Part shown: in pieces, positions 48,961 to 60,416 of the stretch | How positions within the stretch are numbered: the first letter of the stretch is position 1 | Layout: every line of letters begins with the position of its first letter | Source: Vicugna vicugna | Lineage: Eukaryota | DNA length: 64,000 nucleotides | Reading direction: 5' to 3' | NCBI GenBank assembly: GCA_013265495.1 | Contig: MU061579.1 | Location: 4,116,327 to 4,180,326 of the forward strand | Notes under the pieces: generated by a model | The model's input: only the letters and a program-made list of their open reading frames with translations | What the model was told of the DNA's origin: nothing | Databases searched by the model: none | Position numbers and translations under genes: made by a program

Positions 48961-50929
48961 AGGAGACTTCTTAATATTACATATTTTTCAAATATTTGGG
49001 TGAATTTCAAAACCCTTATTGGGTTCTTGAGGAAAATCATGTAGGCATGCTCATCCATGGATGCTGTTTTCTTACCAACCAGACTAGATCATCTTGTCAG
49101 GATGTTTTAAGGGGATATACACTTAAAACCCATCTGTTCAGTAGCTATGAGGCAGGATTTCCAGCTGACACGTTTGATTGCTCTCATGTGGATGACTCAA
49201 GATTAGAAAAGGAGAATTGCCACACTTGGTTTATTACTTGGAATTAAGAGATTAGGTTTGGTTTCTTGGAGTTCCCAAATTGTAATGGAGATTGAATTCT
49301 CTTCAAGCTCTTCAATTAAAATAATAATATAAATAAAATGATAGCAATGCAAAATAAAAGAAGGGGGAATAATTAAGAAAGGCAGTAGAAAATGACATCT
49401 CTACCTCAAGAGTGGGAATCATGTTGATGACAGCTGGAGCTGAAATGAGACCCACAACCTGGAATTAATTTGAAATCAGTATTTGTGTCTCACGTATATA
49501 GAAATACTTCTATTTTCAAAGCTCTTAGGCACCCTTAATGATATTTTTCTATATAGCAGATATTAAAAATTGCTTAACGTATGGCTTTTGCCAAGAAGAA
49601 TTGCTTTCTAAATCTAGAACTGTTTTTGCAGAGGTAGGCTATTTCAAAGAGATATTTTTCCTCTTCTAAACAGAAGACACTTTAAATAATAGTATTTTCT
49701 GTGATATACACAGGGTGAAAAATCTCCCTTCCTATAAAATAGTTATTACGAAGTATTGGCATTTCCCCTTACATGCACGTGCTGATGAGCACAGGTATAT
49801 AGAAGAAGCCATATGGTCACACTTTCTAATTCATCTTTTTCATTAAGGATAAATTAAATTTTACTACAGAGCTTCAATAAAGTCACCCTTTTCATACTTT
49901 CATTATTCTCTGTTTCATCAATATTTCAAAAACAATGCCAAGACTATTTTCTGTTTCATAGTAAACAGGTAATGAAATTTAAATCAATAAGCACTTTAGT
50001 CCGAACATATGCCACTTGGGATTAGGGAGAAATATAGCATGAATTAGCACCCTCCCTTTAGACGATGAGATTCATTCGTTAAGAAATTCATATTGCTGAA
50101 ACATCACAATCTATTGAAAGCAACTCTAATGAAAGAAAAAAACTGACCACTTAAATTTTTCTTTTCCTTCCTGGTTTTTAGCATGCAGTGACATCTTGAT
50201 TACAATTCAATAAATATCCCTTAAATGGCTCTAATCCTTTCAAAGTTCATTTTAAATATCAATCTCAGGAGTGAGTAGGCAGTCAAAACTAGATGTGAGT
50301 TAGAATAACTGCTACATTTCTAGCTTCTGATCATATTGGGATGGCTAGGAAAAGATTAAATGGCATTTTCCTGCATCACCTGACAGTCTTTTCTCATACC
50401 TCTCACTCTTTGTTCAGAAGAGATAAAAGTTTCTATTTCATATTTCTATTTCATACTAAATGTGTAGTAACTTGAGGAAGAGTAATAGCAAATTACTAGA
50501 AGGTAAGCAGAGACAGAAACTGGGAGACATAAATCCACATACATATCAAATAAATTCTCAGCCATTAAAATTTGAAAAAAAGCAAAGAAAGGAGTCAGTG
50601 TTAGAGCACAGGAGACAAGACTTGGTAGTTACATTTTGCGTACTACTGCTTTGGATACTACTTGAAATTTGAGTAAAATTTGAAATCTGATGGCTCGTCA
50701 GTTTGAGGACTGATTACAGATCATTGATGTATTTGTAAGGCATCTCGGAAATTTTCAAATTTGAGTTTGTCAACATGAACTAAAATAACTCAGTCTGTGC
50801 CCCCCCCCAGAGCTTAGCCTGATTTGGAAAAAAATAAGACTTACTACTTCCCATTGTACTTTCAGTCTTGTTGGTGTTTATACCTGTGAAATAGCATAAA
50901 TAAAATTGTATTTTTATCTCTTTCATCTG

Positions 50930-51103
50930 TTTTTTTTTTACAGTGCAAACTGCTTTTATTTTTTTTAATTTTTTTAATTTTTTAACTTTTTTTATTGGGT
51001 TATAGTCAGTTTACAATTTTGTGTCAATTTCCAGTGTAGAGCACAATTTTTCTGTTATACACGAACATAACATATATTCATTGTCGCATTCTTTTTCTCT
51101 GTG
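50930..51103 (-). mobile_element. Very short young LINE-1 3' end with extra tail segment
   Basis: TTATAGTCAGTTTACAATTTTGTGTCAATTTCCAGTGTAGAGCACAAT matches the 3' end of the L1 at 10121-11420. Imperfect TSD: TTCATCTGTTTT (50922-50933) / TTCACCTCTGTTTT (51104-51117). Confidence 0.9.
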
Positions 51104-51639
51104 TTCACCTCTGTTTTGAACGTTCCCTTTGAATTGACTTTCAGAACTAGAATAGTGAATGCTTTACATAGGTAACAAACTGTTAAGTTCAAGTCAAAAT
51201 ACAAGGTGGGTTATAGAGTAGCAGTACTATCTGTACCTAACTGACATTTTTTTCACTAACTGCCCAGAAAATCAGAGTAGACAGTGAAGCCTGAATCATG
51301 GCACATGAATCCCAAATTACCCAAACTGCACCACGGGAAACATCACAGTAAAAATATCTTATTTTGCCTTGAGCTGCAGGGTCTGGCCTTAATATAACTG
51401 GTTGTTCATACACTAGATTCCAGCTTCAGCTGTGTGTCTCAGCTTCAGCTGTATGGTGAAGATGTTGATGTTTTGGGTGGGTGCAATTTTACTAGAGATG
51501 TGAGAGGATACAATCGTGTTGTATTTCAGCAAATAGATCCTCCCTTGAGTTCATTTTCTTTCTGGTCTCATATGGCTCAGCAATTGGTGGAGTTGTTATT
51601 CCCTTGCTGCTGATTCAGAAGCATGAAGGGAGTGTTTAG

Positions 51640-52132
51640 CTTCAAGGGGAGGTGTGCTCCATCTCCTTAAGGGAGTAGTATCCACAGAAATTGTTTGGGA
51701 TTCCTTTGCATGGGATATTCATCCAGTTTTACCCAATTATTTATTCAATAATTTATATCAAGATGAATATTCATTTTATATGTTGGGTTATATCTCAATA
51801 CTTTTTTTTTTGCTCAAATTATTCTAACTTTGGCCATTGGAAACTCTTTCAGTTGCCTCCTTTGACATACCCTCATTAATGAAAGTGGTGATTGTTCTTA
51901 TTGGAGCACTCTGCCTAGCTTTCTGGCACTACAAGTTACTCCAAGTTCATCCTGTATATGCCCTACCTTCATCTCGGAATCAGTCATTTCTCCAAGGAGC
52001 CCTGGTGTATTTTCTTTGAGAATAAGGTTAGCAACCAAGATTTAGGTGTTGGGTATGATTGTTGCTACTAGGGTGTCATTGCTTCTAGGCTTTCCCAGGA
52101 AATAGAGCTTGGAAAATATATATGTACATACG
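51640..52132 (-). mobile_element. Ancient L1MC/MD 3' UTR fragment
   Basis: TGCTCAAATT...TTTGGCCATTGG...TTTCTGGCACTACAAG...GGAATCAGTCATTTCTCCAAGGAGCCCTGG...GTGTCATTGCTTCTAGG. Confidence 0.8.
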
Positions 52133-52999
52133 CACTACATTTAATGTTGCAAAGCAAACGTCTCTCTGTTTGACTCAGACTTCATGAGAATTGTATCTCC
52201 TAGAGTTGGGCACTGATTGCATTGTCATATCCAGCAGCCCTGATAAAGTTAATACTAGTATGACATATATAATCAACTTGTATGAAAATAGTAGGGATGT
52301 CCCACCTATAACTAATATTGGCTTTTTATAAGCCACATTTTTAGTAAAATATGGGCTAAAAAAAATTGAGTGGTTTACTCTAACAATCATCCAAAATCTC
52401 TCTCTCTCCCAACCTCTCACTCTCTTTTAGGAAGAGACTGTATAGTCTTCCTAAAACTTTGATTCACTTCCATTGTGATTAATGTTGACCTAATGTTAAT
52501 CATTATATGAAACCATCATGATTTGTAAGGTAGTTAAAAAGCAAATATATGGAACACTTGTAATAATGTTTTTTTTGGGGGGCATGGGTAACAGATCTGT
52601 ACCATTAAACATGAAATTAAGTAGTGTTTTAAAATATAATATTCCCTGTAGCAAGTCTTAAAATTATTTCTAGCATGTTTTACATTATTCATAATGTCTT
52701 AGCACAGCATAGAAACTTTTGTCTCTTCTGAACAAAGAGTGAGAGGTAAGAGGTACGCCTGAATATAACTTATGAGTACAAAAATGATTTACATGAATGA
52801 GGGATTCTGCTTTGGGCCAAGATAGAATACCTGGAGCCAACGGAAACATTCCTCCTCCACTCCCACCAAAGAAAATAAATATGTAAAATAGTAGCCTATA
52901 AGGCATAGGGTGTAAATCTCAGAGACAGTGCAAAAGTTAAAATCAAATTAAATTAAAAAGAAAAAAAAAGTCATTGCTATGACTGCCCCAACTAGCTGA

Positions 53000-53238
53000 C
53001 TTAAGAGTTTTTAGGATGTGGTGCATGGAAAAGGAAATCAATGAAAGCCTGACATATGCCCAAGTTGAGGAGATGGAGCTGAGAGTCCAGGATAACCAAG
53101 GGGGCTCAAGTTTCCAGAACAGAATACTGCAGAGGAGAGACCTGCCCTCAGAGAGAACAGAAGAGATCGGCAGAGGATCCGTCACGAGTATACGATTGAG
53201 AGTGAATCTGCGCATGCACACGGGAAACACTCCCACAC
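53000..53238 (+). mobile_element. Ancient L1M 5' UTR fragment
   Basis: GAGCTGAGAGTCCAGGATAACCAAGG...CAGAATACTGCAGAGGAGAGA...GAGATCGGCAGAGG...GCGCATGC resembles recalled L1MC/MD 5' ends and the copy at about 41150-41330. Confidence 0.6.
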
Positions 53239-53355
53239 TGTCACTAACTTCTTTCCAGTGTAGGAGAATCAGCGTACACCAGAAAAGTGAACTGTCTTCA
53301 GAGAACACTCTGGTTACATTGAAGACAAGGGAGCCTGAGGGGGAGGGAGAGCGGT

Positions 53356-53950
53356 ATCAGTCAGGATGGTCTCAATGTTTCCCTAAGCTTCAGTGAACTC
53401 CGGACGGGCCTCTTCCCGACTGCATCCTGAACTCCTTTTTTTTTGGAGCTCTAGAACAACTAGAGCTCCAGTGTTCTAGAAAACGTGCCCTTGTAAATTG
53501 TTTCTCTGCCTTTTTGAGATGTAAATTTTTATAAAACTTTCCTCCTTCCGGTTGTACAGCCCAGTGATGCCTTTCTCAAGAATCCGAGAGAGCTTGCCTT
53601 TTGAAATGTAATCAGAAAGGAAGATAGCGCCTATATTTCTCAGCCTCTGTGGGAGGGTGGGAGTCCAACTTCCATGGATATAAATTTGCAAACGCAGATG
53701 ATCTAATCACAGAGAAAAACAGTTACCAGGTCAGGAATAACTCAACACGTTTGACACATCTCATTGACCAAACTCTCTAGTAATATTCTCCAGTACTTTT
53801 CCACTAGCTTATCCCAGTCCTTTAAAACCCTCTCCCGCCTTTTGTTTCAGTGGGATTGAGTTCAGACTGAGTTCTGGCTTCTCTCCCTTAGCCTTGAATA
53901 AAGTCTCCTTCGCTGGTTTAATTTTTTACATGCTGAATTTTACTTTGACA
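53356..53950 (+). mobile_element. ERV1-class solo LTR (MER89/MER90-like)
   Basis: TTTCCCTAAGCTT...TTGTAAATTGTTTCTCTGCC...TTTGAAATGTAATC...CTCTGTGGGAGGGT...TTGAGTTCAGACTGAGTTCTGG...GCCTTGAATAAAGTC...CTTTGACA. The 3' end is clear; the 5' start is approximate. Confidence 0.82.
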
Positions 53951-54424
53951 GTGTGTTACCTGATAGTTGCAGGATGCACTGGGATTTTTATTTTCAAGCA
54001 TATAATGGGCTTCTATAATTACACAGTGGAATATTTGGGAAAGTTGGAAAGCCGAGTGGATTGACTAGAGAAAGGAAGTACGAACCCATAAGAAGCTAGG
54101 ATATACTGAAGGAAGGGCAACTCAAATGCTTACATTCTGTGATGTGAATCAGAATAATAGCGACATGGGTCCCAGTAGAAGTATGTTGCCCCAGGCTTCA
54201 CAATGCAACAGTTCCCAGAAGAGTGTGGTAAAGGTGAAGACAAACTCCTCCCCAGCAGAAATCTGCTGCAGCTTCCTGGGTTATGCTATTTTAGAAAATG
54301 ACTTCATCATCTTTTTCTATTGACCACAAGGAAAAGAATTATTTCTATTTGTCCATGGACCAAATTCATCCTGTATTTATGAAGACTGAAAGCCCTGTTT
54401 TTCTTGTATTTATTTTTACCATTA

Positions 54425-54605
54425 TGCTCCACATTCTAGTTTGATCCATTATCTAATCCTATATGTCTAGTTTCCTCATCTGTAATTTGAACATAACATG
54501 ACATGAGGTAGTTGCCAAAATTAAATGAATTATTATATGTAAAGTTCTTAGGACAGTGTCTAATTTAGTTAGTGTTTTGTAATTATCTGTTATTATTTTC
54601 ATTAT
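54425..54605 (+). mobile_element. MIR SINE
   Basis: AGTTTCCTCATCTGTAA...ATTAAATGAATTATTATATGTAAAGTTCTTAGGACAGTGTCT...TATTATT. Confidence 0.8.
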
Positions 54606-56092
54606 TAATGACAGTCAAGGTAAATCAGCAGATGTGGGAAAGAACTTCTTTACAGTGGGTTTTTTTCTTGGCAATTGGGAACACAATAGGATATGGATTT
54701 TGCACCTGCCCCGAGTTCATTCCTTATTTCTCAACTTTTCATAATGTTTCTAAATCATCACTCTTCTGTAAAATTTTACTCACCGACTTAATGCTTAATC
54801 AAGAAGTAGCCCATTTCATTTATAATTTGAATAAAACAATTTACTCCATGTGCATTGCACAGAAAGGATTTTTGTTTTTTTTTTCTTTCGTCAGTGAGGT
54901 ACATTGAAACTCTAGATGAATAGAGTTTACAATTCTGAAAGCATAAAACACTCAGAATAGTTGTTTATATTCAAATAACAAAAAAGATGGTAAGTAAATC
55001 TTGATGAATCATGATACTTAAAGATAGGCTATATTTATAAAGATAAGGCTTCATTTTCTGTTTTTTTTCCATAAATAAGTTACAGTAAGTTATATGTTTG
55101 TTGCAAGTTAATGTAGTCTTTGCATCTCATCTCTGATTCATACAGCATTTTACATTAAATCAGAAAGCAGACAGAGACAGACAGCTTTTTTTGGATGTAC
55201 TGTTGTTCTGTGTAATAAAAAAAAAACCTAGCAAAAGTAATCCAACCAAAAATATATCTTTAATTTTGATTCACTGTAAACTCATATTATTTCTAGAAAT
55301 CTCTATGATCAAGAAAAAGGATGTTATTTGAATTATTAAAGTTAAGTTGCTCTGGGTCTATGAGTCATTTTTGTATGTCAAAAAATAATCAGTTGTTTAA
55401 ACAGGAACAACCTGGTATCTCCCATTGTGCAGTAAATATATTTATTATTGAGATCATAAGAAAACAGTTTTTATAAATCCAGCATCATTGTGTGAGCTAT
55501 ATAAACTTACTAGTCTCTGAGGTAAGGTTGCAAAACAAAAAACAAACAAAATGGTATTTCTAAAAGCCTTATGGGCTTTTGCCTTGCTGCGTCATTTCAA
55601 GTGGCTGCATTTACATGCTTAGTACATCCCAAGATCACTGTAATTCAGCTACAATTAAGTTCTCACTTAGGGTTCTGACATCTTCCTTTTATGCCTTTTA
55701 TATTTCTTAACTTAAAAAAAAATTTTAAAGGAAGAATCATTACAAACTATAAATTACCTGTTCCTGCTTCAACTAAAGGCATCAGCAGGTAATGATCATT
55801 TCAATCTAACAAAAAAGATACATGATTTGTGTGCGTGTGTGTTAGCATGCCATTGTACCTCGATTTAGGGCATGTAACGTAGATCATTATTCATCTGAAA
55901 TATACGGTAAAGGTATTTTAAGTAACAATTATAATAACATAAAGCTTTAGAATTGTGTCTAAATAGACATATTGCCCCTTACAATTAAAGCTACATATTA
56001 TTCAAGCTGCAGATTAATATGTTTATTGTCATATGGAAGGCCATAAAATGTTCCTAAGTATGACAGTTAAGTAACATTTTCTGCTTTTAAAT

Positions 56093-56243
56093 GTTTTTGT
56101 TTTATTTTATTTATTTAAATATTAAATATTTACTTAAATATATTAAATATTTATTTAAACATTCTAATATTAAATATTTATTTAAATATTTTTGTTTGGG
56201 GGTTTTTTGTTTTAATTTTTAAAAATTTTTGTTTAATTTTTTT
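56093..56243. repeat. AT-rich low-complexity tract
   Basis: Iterated TATTAAATATTTATTTAAA-like units followed by T-rich runs. Confidence 0.85.
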
Positions 56244-59200
56244 CCCTCATAATTCTCAACAGCATCACTTGGGAAACTTTATTTTTGTTTTCAGCTGTTT
56301 ATTAATCTTCACCATTAGCAGTTTTCTTAGTCTTCATCTTAGTTGTCCAGACAGTCTTATATCTGAGCTTTTCATCATGAGTGTTTATTTTAACTAGATA
56401 GTTCAGTACTCACTATACTGATGTCAAAATAAAAGGTCATTTATATGCGTCTTCAATCAAATACCATGAAGTACTGATTTGTACGTTGGTTTCATCATTC
56501 TGGAAATTTCTGATATTCAGCCTAGGGAAATTCTAGTGAAATTCTAGTGAAAAAAAAAACTGGTGAAATTCACTCGTGTTACCAATTAGTCACATGAAAG
56601 TTTTATGTCATTTAAAGAAAACTAGATTCATAATTTTTGAAAACATAGTAAACACTCATTTTCTTATCTCTTATTTTCTTAACAAGAAAAAAGTATAAGG
56701 AGATAAACAAAGTAGGTTTTTGAAATGTGAATATATTTCATACTCCAGGAACCAGACTAAAAGGAATACATGTGTATAGTACTTGGAATCTGCTCAAGTA
56801 TTCATATCTCAGTGCATCATTTCCATTATATGAGTACGTTCCACCAAATGGACTTTCTCCTCTGACTTGGATGATTACAGAATTTCTTGATTGCACAAAA
56901 TTTGTTTCAGGTGACTCTACTGAACCCAATAATCCTCAGAAATTCAAATACTTCAGATTAAAGGATAGTAACACTGAATCTTGCTTTATCGGCTGTCTTC
57001 AGGCCAAGGAAGCACCTATACCAAAATCGTAGTATATTGTCCACTCCATTATATTGTCTATTCTGTTGGTCTCCCAGAAGGAGAATGCCAAGACATCTTG
57101 GTCACCATCTGTTTAGGGAAGAACTCAGCCTGCTATTCTTTTGAGAGGATTTGCATTCTGATAAAAATGTCATCGAATCCTGCCTTCTCCCTGTCCTCCT
57201 TGTGGCTTCCACTTCTGCTTGGAAGCAAGGGATACACAGGTTAATTTTTCTTGGTTATGACTAATTAATTTTCTCATCTGTTAAGCTGCTTTTGTAACTC
57301 AGCTTGGCCTTGATTGTGCTCTCCTAAGGACAAGGATCGAAGCCCAGCTCTAAGCATGGGCACTCCTATGATCTTCACCTACCATTTTAGCTCCTTTCCC
57401 AAGCTCTTGGTGCCAAAGCTATTTTCCTTCTACTATAATGACATTTCTTTCTGCTGACTCCTTTTCATTTAATACCCTTACATCAAAATATACTTCTCTG
57501 CCTTGAGTATTTTCCCACATGTTGCTCAAGGGAATATTGCAGGTGCTGCTCCAGCACTGTTCCTGCTGTGTATCCCAGGTTAGAAATCACAGAAACTATG
57601 GATACCACCAAGACACCAAAATTATCCAAATATATACACATGCACACATCTCCATGTATATAAATAAGTGTTGGGTTTGTTTTTATGCTAGATTTATACA
57701 GCTAGGAAGTAAACAGTCAACCTTTTCCATTTATATCACATGCAGCAACATCACCTTCTTCTAGAAGAAAAGAACTATTTGGTTGTTTACCATTCTAAGT
57801 AGTCATTTAATTTCTAATACCTGAGGATTAAGAATGGTCCTGGAAATGATGAAATATTCATCTCTTTATATTCTCATACACACCCATGCAAATAACCAAC
57901 AATTCCATTAGATCAGGCACATTTAACACATCTGTTTCAGAACAAACTGTCTAAAGGAAATTACCATTAACCAGTAGAAATATTATGTTGGTATTTATGA
58001 AATTACCATTAAAACCAGTAGAAATACTATGTTGTTACTTGGGAAAACTCTTAAATAACTCAATACTAATTTTTACCAAAAATGATTTACAGTACTATTA
58101 CAAAAATCAGTATCTAAGACCAACTCGCTTATATATAAGATGAAGTATTTATCACACAGAATTCTTACAGTAATACACTAGCTCGGAATCATTCTCTTCT
58201 TTAGCTTTCTCAGGGGAGGTTAATAGAAACTAGAATTTTTCTTAACTCTGCAGTCTTTTCTGTGTCTTCATCTTTGACATTTATCTACTGTTCTCTTGTA
58301 GAGTCCCTTTATGGCTGACAACTTTTAGAGATGTGTCCTTATTTTTCACAAAGGCAGTTTCTTGTAAAAGTGATAGTCCATTTCCCAGCTGCCCTTTTGC
58401 ATCCTCCTCAGTCAAGGATAGTTTTCCTGGAAAGTGAGATTCCAACGACTTACTAGAGATTCTGACACTTAGGTTTATATATTACCTTCCTAGTGAAAAT
58501 GAACTCTACCTTCCTGGCATACCTGTTTTAAAGTTTCAACTTCCTCAGTCTTCATATTAGCTGAATCATGCAGAGGGATCTCCTTACCTGGATCTTTTGA
58601 TTTCTACATTTTCCTCCCAGCCATTGTTAGAGCCAAACGTTTTATAAGAATGTTTCTCTCCTGAACCACAGGTGTTTCTAAGAATATTTTTTTCTCCTCT
58701 AGAATAACTCTTTCTATTTTATCATTTGGATTAATGACCCTCAAGGACCATTTGAGACATTAAAATCACACCTCCTCCATTCTTTTTTTTAATGTGGCAC
58801 TGTTAAAGAGTATTAAACATATATTGTCCTGAAATGGTAGAAATTGATGAGCTACTCCAGAAATTCCTTCCCAGCTGTTACTCTTAACACTGTTTTTCAT
58901 TCTAGCTGGATCTCCTTTTTATCAAAGTTGTCACAGAAACTTGCTCACACTTCCTGCTGCTTGCTAGGCCAAATTCTTGACTAACTATCTACGATCCCAT
59001 TCTGCAGAGAGCATAGCCCTCTAACATGAGTGTAAAGAGACAGAAATGTAATACCAGCTGTCTAGGTTGCTCTGAACCACGGTACAGAATACCAGGAGGA
59101 GAGAATATACTTTTTTCCTGTTTTGGGTCCTTAACTCTAGGCTTTTTTCCCATGCATCGATGTCTATTAAATTAGCCAAAGCATCATGGGCATTCACAAC

Positions 59201-59475
59201 TACATGATTTACTGACTAGCATTGACCTGGAACAAAAAGATCAGCTATGTACCTAGCAAGATAGTAAAGAGGTGGGGGAACTGGGGAGGTGCGAAATCTC
59301 TCTCTTTCTTTGATGTATTAGTTATGTTTTTTCTACATGGCGTTTAACAGAAAATCCTCCCAAATTTATCTGTGAACACTAAGGAAGAACCAGCCTAGTC
59401 AAGGTCTTATTTGCTATTTACTTCATTTATATATGTTTTATCACCATGATATTACTAGCATAAGGTGGTGGTTCT

Positions 59476-59489
59476 GTTGCCAAGGCAAC
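59476..59489. promoter_or_regulatory. Candidate RFX X-box
   Basis: GTTGCCAAGGCAAC is one mismatch from the palindromic X-box GTTGCCATGGCAAC and lies in apparently unique sequence. Motif match only. Confidence 0.4.
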
Positions 59490-60416
59490 TGAGATGTTTA
59501 ACTCCACTTGTTAGAATCCCTGCTGAGTTCTTGGCTGTCTTCACTTTTTTTTTTTTTTTGAGTAAAGAATAAAATCCACTTCTTGTTTCTCCATACTTTC
59601 TTTGCTGATTACCTCTTCACCAAAGAGTGGTTCTTACTCCCATTTAAATCTGAATGAACTATACAGTTTTTCTTGCACATATTAATTTATTTACTTCTAA
59701 TTATAATTGCCTACGTTGGTGCCTTTTGTCTCCTCCTATACCATAGATATTTCCTCCAATCATTACTTCTCATGCGTAAGGAACCGCACGTTATTTATAT
59801 TTAAGGAATGGATAAAAGTAGAATAGAAAAAAATATGCAATGAGAAAGGGTGATCAGAGTTTTGGAAGGAAAATCTAGAAGTCAGTGGATCTCAAAAAGC
59901 AAGGGACAGGATCAAGAAAGAGGTATAATCAAGCTTAGCAAATAATGGGGACCACTGGCATATTTGAGAAGAGGGAATGTAGTAGAAATTTAGAATATTT
60001 AAATCCAGTATGTTATGTTTTTCAAATGTCTACTTCACATTGACTGTTCCTCCACACATACTCAGTGCATGGTTATTTTATAACTGATAGTGACTGTAGT
60101 GGTAGGTGCTTTGCTTAAAAACTAAACCAAACCAAACTTATGTTTTGGGTACAATGTTAAGTGCTTTACTTTTCTTGATGACTTTTGATTATTAAAATAT
60201 CAACTAATTAAAAACAAAGAAAGCAAGAAATAAAAAGTAAGTATAAATGTTCAGAAAACATTATCACTAGGGAATATAGATGGAACTGAAATCATTTGAA
60301 GTGATAATCAAATTTTGCTGATTCACCTATTTTTGAGCATTCTTTTCAGTACGAGAAGTATTTATTTTTAAGCAGTCAAATAACAAAAATTTGAAAAGGC
60401 CTATGAGTTTTCTGCC

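Noticed and set aside
52943..53396. Overlapping 121/126-aa ORFs
   Set aside because: They lie largely in a GC-richer L1 5' UTR relic where stop codons are rarer; no recognisable domain.
50430..56548. Micro-duplications at 50430-50455, 51421-51452 and 56527-56548
   Set aside because: Ordinary 11-19-bp slippage duplications with no further structure.
56727..57244. Short ORFs and a TTTGTTTCAG acceptor as a possible coding exon
   Set aside because: No recognisable protein motif and no convincing downstream donor. A tBLASTx against mammalian genomes would be needed to revive it.
57957..58040. CRISPR-like repeat array
   Set aside because: Only two adjacent units with no spacers or cas genes, in mammalian DNA; the same applies to 24022-24082 and 38076-38148.
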